A DNA stretch of 64,000 nt. It comes from Octopus sinensis. Lineage: Eukaryota. A program made the position numbers and the translations under genes. How positions within the stretch are numbered: the first letter of the stretch is position 1; the number at the start of each line of letters is the position of its first letter. Shown one piece after another: positions 11,330 through 23,861 of the stretch. The notes beneath the pieces are model-generated. The model searched no databases, had not been told where the DNA came from, and saw only the letters and a list, made by a program, of their open reading frames with translations. The stretch covers positions 9,672,001 through 9,736,000 of the forward strand of contig NC_043021.1 in NCBI RefSeq assembly GCF_006345805.1. The letters are read 5' to 3'.

Positions 11330-11906
11330 GTATATGTAGTTGGTTGTGTGGTTAAGAAACTTCTTCCCAGCTATGATGCATCGAGTTCAGTCTCAACATT
11401 GGAAAGGAACGAATTTATTTCACGACCCAATGTGTGTGAGCGCGCGCGTGTTTGTACATAAATACACACACGCACATATTTAGTTATGGTATATTCTGTT
11501 AAGAACGCAGTAGGGTACAGTATAAAGCTCGTCCACCCTGTGCTCTCTAGTAGTAGTAGTAGTAGTATACGTACTTTCAGGTTTGCGTTTGGGCTTCTGT
11601 CGTGTGTGAATATATAGAGCTGGCAGAACCGTTAGCACGTCGGGCGAAATGCTTAGCGGTATTTCGTCTGCCGTTACGTTCTGGTTTCAAATTCCGCCGA
11701 GGTCGACTTTGCCTTTCATCCTTTCGTGGTCGATAAATTAAGTACCAGTTACGCACTGAGGTCGATGTAATCGACTTAATCCGTTTGTCTGTCCTTGTTT
11801 GTCCCCTCTCTGTGTTTAGCCCCTTGTGGGTAGTAAAGAAATAAATATATAACTGAAAAAATTGGAGTCAACAAGAAGGGGTACGGTTGGACATTTATTT
11901 TTTAAT

Positions 11907-11944
11907 CACTACAATTGTTTCCACGCAACGTAGTTCTCCAGGTG
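11907..11944 (-). ncRNA. Degenerate minimal type-I hammerhead motif
   Basis: Minus strand reads CAC-CTGGAGA-AC-TACG(TTG)CGTG-GAAA-CAATTG-TA-GTG; one core mismatch (A6G). Confidence 0.45.
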
Positions 11945-12239
11945 TGCAGGTACTTGATTATGCAACCGTTTCCCTGCATCATGAGATCTAGTTGTGTTTA
12001 CTCAGGCGATACGTAAATATTGTCTCCGTAAGTTCAAATTCTTGGCTTCAAGAACATCTCTGTCTGTCGTAGCCTGAATTTAGTAGGGTTTTCATTTTTC
12101 GATTATATATATATATATTTTGCAATTAAGGACAACTACTTAATAAGGAAAACTTAACAAGAAATTGTCAGGTAGATAGCGTAAAAACCTCATAAGAGAA
12201 AAAATTTCGAAAATAATTATTTCTTATTGAACATATTAA

Positions 12240-12491
12240 TTTATATATAGAGGGCATAATTATACATACATGCCAGGAGGCATTATATATACATGCCAAA
12301 CGCTAAGAGGGACAATCAGTCATTTCTACCAAAAATATTACTAATCCCACCGAATGCAATGTCTTACTTTGAAAAATTGCATTCGGTGGGATTAGTAATA
12401 TTTTGGTAGAAATGACTGATTGTCCCTCTTAGCGTTTGGCATGTATATATATGCCTCCTGGCATGTATGTATAATTATGCCCTCTATATAT

Positions 12492-12494
<3 letters not shown>
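12240..12494. mobile_element. Near-perfect hairpin element, ~120-bp arms, 15-nt loop, in TA-repeat context
   Basis: Arms 12240-12360 and 12376-12494. Confidence 0.8.
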
Positions 12495-12554
<60 letters not shown>

Positions 12555-12699
12555 TTAATAAATAGGGTTCAGCAAAGATTTGCTTTACCACATACCGAAG
12601 TTTAGAAATAGCAGCAAAAAACGTTAGCTATTTCTTCTACTTTAAAAAGGGACTCCCAGAAAAACCAAAATACTTGAAAACAATCACACAGGCAGAGAG

Positions 12700-12736
<37 letters not shown>

Positions 12737-13819
12737 CATTTAACGTCCGTTTTCCATGGTTGCATAGGTTAGAGGATTCCACATCAGCCGGTGAGGCCAA
12801 CGACTGCATTTAGCCCTAATGCCTACTTTAGAATCGTTTCTACGGCTGGCTGCCCTATCTAACGTCAACCACTTTACAGAATATACTGGGAGCTTTTTGA
12901 GTGGCACCAACACTGGTGAAGTTACCAAGTAGCTCGCAGATTAGACCCTTCGACTCAGGGCGTTGTGGTATTAAGAGAGATGGGTTTCTGCCAGATGATG
13001 AGAGGTTAAAGTGTAATAGAGGGACAGGAACAGGTGTCTTGCTGTAGAGGAGATACACGGCTACCCTAGTTAGAACAGTAAGATGGTAGTGAAAATGTGT
13101 CAAGGTGTTTCCTCATGGTACAAGGAAGATGAATATAAGAATAGTACAGCGAATTGAACAGGCTGAGTGGGAAGATATGTTCGCAGGAGCGTGAAAGTGA
13201 AAGAAACCCGTCGTATATATGTGTGTGTGTATATGTTTGTGTCTGTGTTTGTCATCATCACTTGACAACCGATGTTGGTGTGTTTACGTCCCCGTAACTT
13301 ATCGGTTCGGCAAAAGAGACCGGTAGAATAAGTACTAGACTTACAAAGTATAAATTCTGGGATCGATTTGTTTGACTAAAAAAGCAGTGCTCCAGCATGG
13401 CCGCAGTCAACTGACTGAAACATATAAAAGAATTTTTAAAATATAAAGAGCCTTATGACAGCAAATTAAAAGAAAGTGTGTGAAAAGAAAATACTTTGAA
13501 TATAAGCTAAAATATAGTTGTAAGGTAAACTATTTAATGTATGTGAAATTGAGGAATTAGAAAAAAATATATATCCTTCAATTCCATCATTTTAAGGGAT
13601 TTAAAAAAATATTTTTAGTGACTTCGACCACAGCCACCGAAATCTGTACCCGTAAGTAAAGAAGTACCATAGCCCAGAGTATAAGTGGTCACTCGACCTA
13701 CTAGAAATAGCAGTCAATTGTTTTTCCTCAAATCTCAAGTAATTGTTTGATATAAAAATGGAGAAGCTTCACAGATGATAGATCCGCTGGCTTATGGCTA
13801 GTCTGGGATTAAAACGACG

Positions 13820-14160
13820 ACACAAACACACGTACTCACACTAAATATATCCCACATAAACAACCACATACACACACATATACACACTAAACGTAGCACA
13901 CATAAACAAGCCAACACACACACACACATATATACACACTAAACGTAACGCACATAAACAACCACACACACACACATATACACACTAAACTTAACGCACA
14001 CAAACAACCACGCACACACACATATACACACTAAACGTAGCACACATAAACAAGCCGACACACACACATATATACACACTAAACGTAACGCACATAAACA
14101 ACCACACACATATACACACTAAACTTAACGCACACAAACAAGCCAACACATACATATGCA
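13820..14160. repeat. CA-rich compound minisatellite immediately upstream of the CTR9 promoter
   Basis: Recurring CACACTAAAC(G/T)TA(G/A)C..CACATAAACAA(G/C)C units separated by variable (CA)n. Confidence 0.88.
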
Positions 14161-14179
14161 CGCAGGTCTATCAGACACA

Positions 14180-14187
14180 TCACGTGA
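14180..14187. promoter_or_regulatory. Palindromic E-box TCACGTGA in the CpG-rich CTR9 proximal promoter
   Basis: Exact TCACGTGA about 70 nt upstream of the ATG; function not shown. Confidence 0.4.
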
Positions 14188-14253
14188 CCGCTCATATTTT
14201 CTCGTCTTCTTAGAGTGAAGAGCTCAGTCGTATTCATTGTCCGATCATTAAGC

Positions 14254-14298
14254 ATGTCGGCCGGATCTATCGAGATCCCTCTCCGTGATACGGACGAG
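14254..14298 (+). CDS. CTR9: CTR9 exon 1 (MSAGSIEIPLRDTDE)
   Basis: agcATG start in CpG-rich context; donor GAG|gtaaga. Confidence 0.96.
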
Positions 14299-16139
14299 GT
14301 AAGACCCCTTTTTTTCTGTTATTGTTTTGTCAAAATACTTACTACCGTGTAATAGATATTTCCAACGAGACCTTTATACGCAGCATGTCGTCTTTTTTTC
14401 CCCCAAGACGAGTATCATTAACCACTTCCTTCCTAATTTGGCTCTTTTATTGGATGCGATGTTTCAAAACCCGACCAGTGAAGTGTGTTCGTCTCGTCTT
14501 TAAACCACATGGCCCATGTCTAGCTTCACAGACACGCATATCCTATATATGTTTACACATATGTAAATAAATACATCTATGGCAATATATGTGTATTTGG
14601 CCGTGTGTATTTATGCATAAAATAGTTTTGTATAGTTCGTAATTTGAGTTGTGTAGACGAAAATATTAAATTTTTTCCCGTTCACTTTCACTTGTAAATA
14701 ATCTTGATAATATTTATTAAAATATATATATCAATTGCCCTTCATCTCACATCTACAACCTGGTTACTGACGCTATTATACACGTGTGTGAAATTGGATT
14801 CAGGAACGTACTTTCCGTGACCAGTTTGTTGTATGTATTGTTATCATTAAAACAGAATAATAAAGTAAAGCTAACATTGTATTGGCATTATATGTCATAT
14901 AAATATTATTATATCGAAGGAATGCCCATTGTATTTAATGTCGATAATGAAATACGTATGCTTGACAAGTGAACTTAACTGAGATTGCGTGTCCCAACAC
15001 ACTTCACTTGCCAAACATGTACACTTATACTTAGATTGCACCAGCGTAAGTCTATTTTCTTTCAATTTCAACCAATATTCCTAATTATCTTTCATGTTTA
15101 CTGTTGATTCCATGTTTAAAGATTGGAATTAACTTTCTACAACTCTTACATTTGTGTTTAAACTGGTGTAATAGTGCGCGCACGCTCACACATACACACC
15201 ATAGAGTATTATATGGCGATTATTTATTTATTTATATGTGGTGTTTGTTTTCAAAATTCGCTTTTTTTGTTTGTTTTTGTTATCTATAATGGCGCTGTAA
15301 ATGTAAACATTTTCCCCTTTTCCGTTTTCGTTTCAAATCCAGCCGAGGTCGATATTGTCTTTCGTTCTCCAAGAGAACCATAACTTAACTACCAATTGAA
15401 ATTCATCGATATACTCCCACCCCACGTATAATTCTGTCCTTTTACCTATATAAGAAACCATTTAACAGGGTGGTGAATTGGCAGAACCGTTTACAGCGCC
15501 AAACAAAATGCTGTGCGGCACTTAGTCACCGCCCTTTACGTTGCGAGTTCAACTCCCGGCGCGGCCGACTCTGCCTTTCGTCTCACCGGGGTGATAGATA
15601 AAGTACCTATTTCTTTATTACCCACAAGGGGCTAAACATAGAGGGGACAGACAAGGACAGACATAGGTATTAAGTCGATTACATCGACCCCAGTGCGTAA
15701 CTGGTACTTAATTTATCGACCCCGAAAGGATGAAAGGTAAAGTCGACCTCGGCGGAATTTGAACTCACAACGTAACGGCAGACGAAATACCGCTAAGCAT
15801 TTCGCCCGACGTGTTTACGTTTCTGCCAGCTCGCCGCCTTAATAGATAAAGTACCACTCAAGTACTGGGATCGATTTAATCGATTGACACCAACCTCCCA
15901 AATTCCTGGTTTTATGCCCTTATATTAGAAACGATTGTTATTATTATTTAGAGGAGGGAAGGCCAGTAGATAAAGCTTATTTCCTCTAGATTATCAGAGA
16001 AAACTAGGTGAAATTAATGCGTTTAATGTTCAGTTTCAATTCTGACAAGTTGCTGGTCATGGGAGAAGGTTAACGTGAGGAAGGCGAAAGAGTTATAGAA
16101 AGGGGTGCGTGAGGTTTCCTGGTCATTTACACTTTAGAG

Positions 16140-16671
16140 CAGGGGTTCTCAACCATATCTTATCTATGGACCCCTTTTATTACTATTTTATTCTGAGCTA
16201 TTCGATATTTAAAATTATAGAAACTCCGGCATTCTTTCGATATAACTCGACAAAATCAAAACATTTCACTTTGGGTATTTCCGTGGGTTGTGGAGTATAG
16301 ATATAACCAATGCCAGCAATGTCTCATTTTTAAACTTGAAGAAAAAAAGGCCTTGCATAATTGTTCTTACCTGTTTCATGTGTGTGTATGTAAAATCCGC
16401 AAATTTCCAAGCAGAAAACAGAATCAAACTGTCATTTGCTTACACGGAAATACCCGAAGTGAACTGTTTTGATTTTGTCGAGTTATATCGAAAGAATGCT
16501 GAAACTCCTTTCAAAATTCCTATTTTGGTTTTCACATTAACTTAGACCCTATCTGTTTCTTGCAATACATACCAATGCATACATCTAAATCAAAATTTTT
16601 TTCAGGGGCCCTTAAAATACTATTGGGAATTCCCCCAAAAATCTTATATGGACCCTGGTTGAGAACCACTA
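16140..16671 (+). mobile_element. hAT-type MITE carrying a nested insertion
   Basis: TIRs CAGGGGTTCTCAACC / GGTTGAGAACCACTA; 8-bp TSD ctttagag / ttttagag. Confidence 0.8.
16228..16500. mobile_element. Nested TIR element with ~57-bp TIRs and 8-bp TSD GAAACTCC
   Basis: Arms 16229-16285 and 16443-16499 (2 mismatches); absent from the sister hAT copy at 43636. Confidence 0.75.
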
Positions 16672-16964
16672 TTTTAGAGGGCGGTCTAGTCCTAATTCTA
16701 ATCCTAAACGTAGCCTGGCTCAGATCATTTCACCACATAGACTATGGATACTACTGTATACCGTACACTAAAGTAGCACCAATTAGACATGTTTTCATGA
16801 TTTGCGCTTGACATTATTACATGAATATTAAAAAATAGTTCACTATAAAAATAGAATTGTTCTGTTGTCATAGCTGATACCTTTCGTTTGCAATGTCTCT
16901 GTTTTCCAAGCATGAAATGAAATTTTAAAATTCTGGTTTTGCCTATCAAAAATTGAAATGAGAA

Positions 16965-17480
16965 TCAATAACAGATCATTTCCAGAAATGTGGCTGGCAC
17001 AAGTAAATCCAAAGAACCACCTTTAGCTGAAACAGGAGTATTATTACTAAGTGGTTGTAACACCTGCGAGAGGAAGTATGATAGCCCAGAGTTGCTGGAG
17101 ATATTCGCCCCACAAACTGACCTGGTTGGAGGCCCCATAATAGGGTTTCTGGTCCTTGCATAACCCATACACTATAGGAGCATCATTGTTGAATACTTGG
17201 AAATTTTGTGCTCTGTTTTTTTGGGTTGGAGGAGTATGTTGCACCACATTCCCATGTGTGCATTGAGAAGTTTTTCAACTTTTTCATGTTCATGTGGTGC
17301 AACCTCTCTCATGCTACTGGTGTGATGTTGCATGGTCTGGACATAGTTCTGCGAGCTGTCTACTGACATTCTGCCACACTTGTTCGTAGGAAGGCACACT
17401 AATTCCTTGTCCCTAATTCGCTGTTTCAGTTTTTGTAGGCCACTGGCAACTATTGAGCTGAGTTGGTGGGTCACCCCTCA
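16965..17480 (-). mobile_element. Penelope-like element RT N-terminal fragment, frameshifted
   Basis: LVCLPTNKCGRMSV (PTDKSG motif), YGLCKDQKP, and GPPTRSVCGANISSNSGLSYFLSQVLQPL (RPIV...LSxxLxxILxPL motif). Confidence 0.7.
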
Positions 17481-17544
17481 TTATGTTTTCTAGTGGTTTT
17501 GTTATATTGGTCCGAAACGAGTCTAGAATGTCAGTAGATAGCCC

Positions 17545-17790
17545 ACAGAGCTATGTCCAGACCGTGCAACAAAATATTGGTAGCATGAGAGAGGTTGCAC
17601 CATAGGAACATGGAAAAGTAGAAAAATTTCTCAATGCACACATGGGAATGTGGTAACATACTCCAACCCAAAAAATGGACTGCACAAAATTTTCAAGAAT
17701 TCGACAGTGATGTTCCTATGCTGTACGGATTACAGAAGGATCATAAACCCTATGTAGACCATGTTATGGGCCCCCCCAACTAGACTTGTT
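17545..17790 (+). mobile_element. Diverged inverted partial copy of the adjacent Penelope-like fragment
   Basis: gcatgagagaggttgcacca...ttctcaatgcacacatgggaatgtggt...caacccaaaaaa is the reverse complement of roughly 17100-17360. Confidence 0.75.
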
Positions 17791-19983
17791 TGCAGCTATG
17801 AGTATTGATAATCCTTCTTATAATAATAATTTAATGTATATGCTATCCAGGGCTGGATTTAGACCTTCTGGGTACCCCTGGCCCTGTAAGTTTCGAGGGC
17901 CCCAACACCATCATCATAAACATTCAGTGTCTGTTTTCCATGCTGGCATGGGTTGGGCAGCTTGACAGGAACTGACAAAGCTAAGGGTTGCACCAGCTGG
18001 ATGCCCTTCTTCATCCCAACTACTTTACAGAAGTATTGGGTGCTTTTTACATGACACCTTGGTTTCAGGATCTCAGTTTTGTTGTGCTGAGCAGGTCTTC
18101 TCGAGTACAGCATAGCTCAACATATCTTGGTCTCCTGTCGTCTCCTGCTATTTTACTAATTCAAGCATAATAAGGTGAACTCTATTTGATGTTAAAGATT
18201 TAAACGAGTAAATATAAAATTACCGATTTGATTGACGTAAATATATTTTTTTAATGTTTAACTCCAGGCTTCTTGAAGTTAAAGGTGCCACCCAAGCTTG
18301 GGGGCATCTGGGCCATGACCCATATTGGCCCATACATAAATCCAGCTCTGGTGCTGTCACACATTAACTGACACTCTGTTGGTTATGACTATGATAGTTG
18401 CAGTTGGTTTAATCGATGGAACAGCCTGCTTGTGAAATTAACATGCAAGTGGCTGTGTTTGTGTGTCATCCCCTCCCCCACAAAATCACCGCTTGACAAC
18501 TGGTGTTGGTGTGTTTACATCCCTGTAACTTTGCAGTTTGGCAAACATGACAAATAGGATAAGTATTAGACTTAAAAAAATAAATCCTGGGGTGGATTTT
18601 TTTTTTTTTATACAAAGAATTTTTCAAGGCGATGCTCCAGCATGGCTGCAGTCAAATGACTGAAACAAATAAAAGAATATATGTGTGTGTTTGTGTGTGC
18701 CCCAGTCCTGACATCATAGGATAGTTATAAATGAGCATCACTGTCATACAAGTGATGTTCGTTTCCGTTCTCCATGAAAAGCATGTCTGACTGTGAGGAA
18801 ATACTACCTTGATTGCTTGGAAACAGGTAAAGATTGGGGGACAGGAAGAACAACCAGCTGTAGAAAATCTCCCTCTGTAAATTTGGTCTGAATCCAGGCA
18901 TACATGGAAGAGTGGACTTTAAATGATGATGATGATGTCAAGTCGTTGCACATGAACATCAACAATCTAAAAAATATCTACAAAGTACCAACAAGGGAGT
19001 CTTAACATAGTTGCTGTTCTCAGTAGAAATAGCAGCCAAATCTCCTTCAAATCACACTCTACTGTCTTGATATGTACATGTTGCATAATATAGTTCTAGA
19101 TAGGCGTAGGAGTGGCTGTGTGGTAAGTAGCTTGCTTACCAACCACATGGTTCTGGGTTCAGTCCCACTGCGTGGCACCTTGGGCAAGTGTATTCTACTA
19201 TAACCTCAGGCCGACCAAAGCCTTGTGAGTGGATTTGGTAGACGGAAACTGAAAGAAGCCTGTCGTATATATATATATGTTTGTGTATCTGTGTTTGCCC
19301 CCCAACATCGCTTGATAAACGATGCTGGTGTGTCTACATCCCCGTAACTTAGCAGTTTGGCAAAAGAGACCAATAGAATAAGTACTAGGCTTACAAAGAA
19401 TAAGTCCTGGGGTCGATTTGCTTGACTAAAGGCAGTGCTCCAGCATGGCCTCAGTCAAATGACTGAAACAAGTAGAAGACTGAAGAGAAAGAGTATACGC
19501 CTTTCTTGAAAACAAGATGGGATGCTCATGTTTGGAATGTTTTTTGGTCGTAGCTCTGCTCAAAAAAAGGCTAACCTGGAGTTAAACACCAACATATACA
19601 CATCCTGTAGGCAAACTCCATTGAAGCTACCAAGCTTCTTGGCATGTGGAACCAGGCCATGGAGGGTGTATGGGGAAGGATTACAGGTAAGTTCATCACA
19701 GGAGACTTCACTGCCATCAATTCACTGTGAGGAAAGTTCACCGCGAGGAAAGTTTTATTTATTCTTTTACTGTGAACTTATCTCTCTGAAATCTGTCCTT
19801 GTGGTGAATTGATGACGGTGAACTTACCAGACATGATCCACAAGACTGTGTACCTCAAGAGAATTCTGGCTTCTTGATACATGTATCCAGGTCCAGGGAA
19901 AAAGCTCTCAAGACTTTGTGCCTTGAGGAGGATGATCAACAAGAACACGACATGATGATGACATATTTTTCTCTGTTTTTTAG

Positions 19984-20082
19984 GTGATTGAGTTGGATCT
20001 TGACCAGTTGCCTGATGGTGAAGAAGTATTGAATATTCTTCGACAAGAAATTGCCCCATTAAACATTTGGGTCAATTTGGCT
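19984..20082 (+). CDS. CTR9: CTR9 exon 2 ([33 protein letters not shown])
   Basis: ttttag| acceptor, |gtaagt donor, phase 0/0. Confidence 0.96.
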
Positions 20083-20340
20083 GTAAGTATATTGTTTAAC
20101 CTTCTTGTTACTAACCCATCTGAGTATTTCATAATGCTGGCATAACTCCCTATTATCATTATTAATATTATCAGTAAAAATAATTACAAGGGAGTTGGGA
20201 GTGGAAGAAACATTGAGAAGTTACTTTGTTGTATTTAGTTATGCAATTTTCCATAGCTGAGGCAAATGTTGAAATTAATAAACCAGTTAGACCTAATCCA
20301 ATGCAGAAGAAAAGATAAATAAGCAAAATGCTTTATTTAA

Positions 20341-21414
20341 CCCTTTCGTTACTATATTTCTGACCAAAATACACCCCTTATGTGTTTCAATTAATTTCTA
20401 ACATAATCATAAATTTAGTCTGGTTTCATTAAACAACTATAACTTTTTTATTTATTAATATATTAATGTGATTTTTGGAAGATAATTTAATGAAATGTTC
20501 TCAACCAATTCTATACTATAATTTTGTCACAAAGTGACTCTAATTACAGGTAGATACAGATAAATTCAACAAAATATAAAATTATTGAAATTTTGTTCAA
20601 ACATCGCTATAGAAAATGGGTTATTAGCTAATATTCAATTGGGTATACAACAAAATTTTACGATAGAATTTGTTATTCTGGGTAACTTTCTGATACCCAT
20701 AATAATATTTATGGCAAAATAGTCTTAATTTCATTTAAGGTTGTGGGAAACCACAAACTATCCTTTCTTTCGCTTTGTTTACATTTAGCGTAACGGTTCA
20801 TTTCCGCCGTAATGATTTCAAATAGGCTCATTCGAAAAAGTAAAAAGAAATAGTCTAAGGCTTTACTCTCCTGGGAAAGTCTGTGGCTTGGTCCAGTTTC
20901 TTCAGAAAAATCACCGAAAGAAACAGTTTTTAAATTTTCACTCCATTCAGGTGCCAATTCATTTTCTTTATCACTGTCGGAGCTCTCGGATTCACTGTTT
21001 TCACTTTCGGAAAATGAAACATCAGATTCATTATCAAATACCACGTGCTTTTTTTTTCAGTCATAGAGTTAGATTTATCAAGGTCTTCAGTAGAAAATCC
21101 TTCGAATTCTGACTCGCTGCTTGATATAATGAAATTCGTATCCATTTTTTGTCAGAATTACAAATTTTGAAAACACAATAGGAACAAATTTCGGAAAAAA
21201 ATCTCCCAAAATTCACGGAATTAAAATTACGCTTTGATTCTTGTACAAAACTGTAGATGAACTGTTTACGAAGTATAATACGTGTTTTCACGAATGTACT
21301 AAAGAGATTTGCTCTGATATTTTCATTTAAATATGAATAGGTAAATACGGGCGGGTTTGGGCGGTTTGGTCACATTAACCAAAATTTTTTTCGGGTCGTT
21401 TGGTAATGAAAGGG
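20341..21414 (-). mobile_element. Internally deleted piggyBac element in CTR9 intron 2
   Basis: TTAA on both sides; TIRs CCCTTTCGTTAC / GTAATGAAAGGG; ORFs 21145..20930 and 21044..20709 encode an acidic N-terminus plus ALDYFFLLF...IITAEMNRYA...WFPTTLNEI (PGBD motif). Confidence 0.9.
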
Positions 21415-21599
21415 TTAAGAGAAGGGAAACTAAACAAATGTCAAAGCCATTTGTTTTGGTAATTGGTAAGTGTTACGATTTGAAAACTTGTCAAAAACTC
21501 GTGTCCAATAAAGAGAAAAAGAAAATGAAAGCACACTGCATTATTCAAAAGCTTTGTTTTGCTTACTATAAACCTTTGGTATTGATTTTTTTCTTGTAG

Positions 21600-21839
21600 C
21601 TGGAATATTACAAACAAGGTTTTATCGAAGACTTTGTCAAGATACTTGAAGCTTCTCGTGCCGATGCCAGTTATGACTATCCAAATTATGAAAAAGACCA
21701 AATGCGAGCACTGGACACCCTTGCTGCATACTATGTGCAGCAGGCACATAAGGAGAAGAACAAAGAGAAAAAGAGGGACCTGTTCACTCAGGCCACTCTC
21801 TTGTACACCACTGCTGACAAAGTCATCATGTACGATCAG
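21600..21839 (+). CDS. CTR9: CTR9 exon 3 ([17 protein letters not shown]...ADKVIMYDQ)
   Basis: cttgtag| ... |gtaagt; 240 nt, phase 0/0. Confidence 0.96.
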
Positions 21840-22799
21840 GTAAGTTTATTTATCGTAGTTGCCATTTAGTTTCAGGTAAGCTCTGATTTGGAGATAGATA
21901 CATATAGCTTGACCAGATAGTTGGCTAAATGACTAGGTGCAACCCAAATATCTATTGTTACAAATATTCTGTCTGTGTATCTGTGACCCCTTGCTTTGAC
22001 ATTGCATGATAGATGTAAATGATTTGTCACTGTCATACAACTAGTGTCGTTTCCAGTATTCTGTGGGGACATGTCTGGTTGCAATGTTATATTGCTCGGA
22101 AACAGGCATGGGTTGATGACAGGAAGGACGTCCAGCCATAGAAAATCTGCCCCAAACTCCAACTGACCGATGTGTTATCTCGTAGCTTCATGATTTCAAT
22201 AATGTGAGTGTTTATTTTTAGACTGACATTGTAGGGTAGGTGTGAGGGGTTGGATCTGATCAGTTTTAACATAAAACAGAATATTTAGGCTCCTGTGCTG
22301 GTGGTACATAAAAACTACCCACTACACTCCTTTACTGCTTGTCAATAAAGGGAAAAAGACATCAAGAACAAAAACCTAGTCCTTGCATACCTATTTCTTT
22401 ATTACCCACAAGGGGCTAAACACAGAGGGGACAAACAAGGACAGACATAGGTATTAAGTCGATTACATCGACCCCGAAAGGATGAAAGGTAAAGTCGACC
22501 TCGGCAGAATTTGAACTCACAACGTAACGCAGACGAAATACCGCTAACGTTTCTGCCAGCTTGCCGCCTTGCATACCATTTTATTAGATGCTGTAGACTT
22601 GTTCCACCTATGTTAGCATGAAAAGAAGATAGAAGGCGCAGGAGTGGCTGTGTGGTTAGTAGCTTGTTTACCAACCACAGGGTTCCGGGTTCAGTCCCAC
22701 TGCATGGCACCTTGGGCAAGTGTCTTCTACTATAGCCTCGGGCCGACCAAAGCCTTGTGAGTGGATTTGGTAGACGGAAACTGAAAGAAGCCCGTTGTA

Positions 22800-22842
<43 letters not shown>

Positions 22843-23118
22843 GTGTATGTTTGTGTGTCTGTGTTTGTCCCCCTAGCATTGCTTGACAACCGATGCTGGT
22901 GTGTTTATGTCCCCGTCACTTAGCAGTTCGGCAAAAGAGACCGATAGAATAAGTACTGGGCTTACAAAGAATAAGTCCCGGGGTCGAGTTGCTCGATTAA
23001 AGGCGGTGCTCCAGCATGGCCGCAGTCAAATGACTGAAACAAGTAAAAGATAAAAGATAAGAAGTATAAAAAAAATATGAAAATAATTATTATGATGATG
23101 AGAAAGTATTTAGTATGA

Positions 23119-23415
<297 letters not shown>

Positions 23416-23861
23416 TAAGAAATCGGAGGCATCCGGTTGATTGGCAAAGATTCATTCAGCACCACACTACAACCACTAACACCACATGCATGCACGTGCG
23501 CACGCACATGCACTCACACAAACACACTCTTCAACCACTACTTGTGGTTGTTGCAACATGGCTAGAATTACTTAAGTGGTATCACCTCATCAGGTTCAAA
23601 TAAACAAAATGTTCTAGACCACATCCCAAAAAGTATGGACCATCTGGTTTATTTACTTACCAACATACAATCATTAACTGACGCGCATATGTAGAGATAT
23701 TTTTGTCGCTATTTGTGAGTGAGGCAACAGACTTCTATGTTCAGTTAACAAGCATCACTCCCATCAGATTAATACATGAATCCTCTAAGACTACATATCA
23801 AAAATGTGGACTATTCAGCTGATTGGCAAAGATGTGCTTGTCAACCATTAGCTCACACTGA

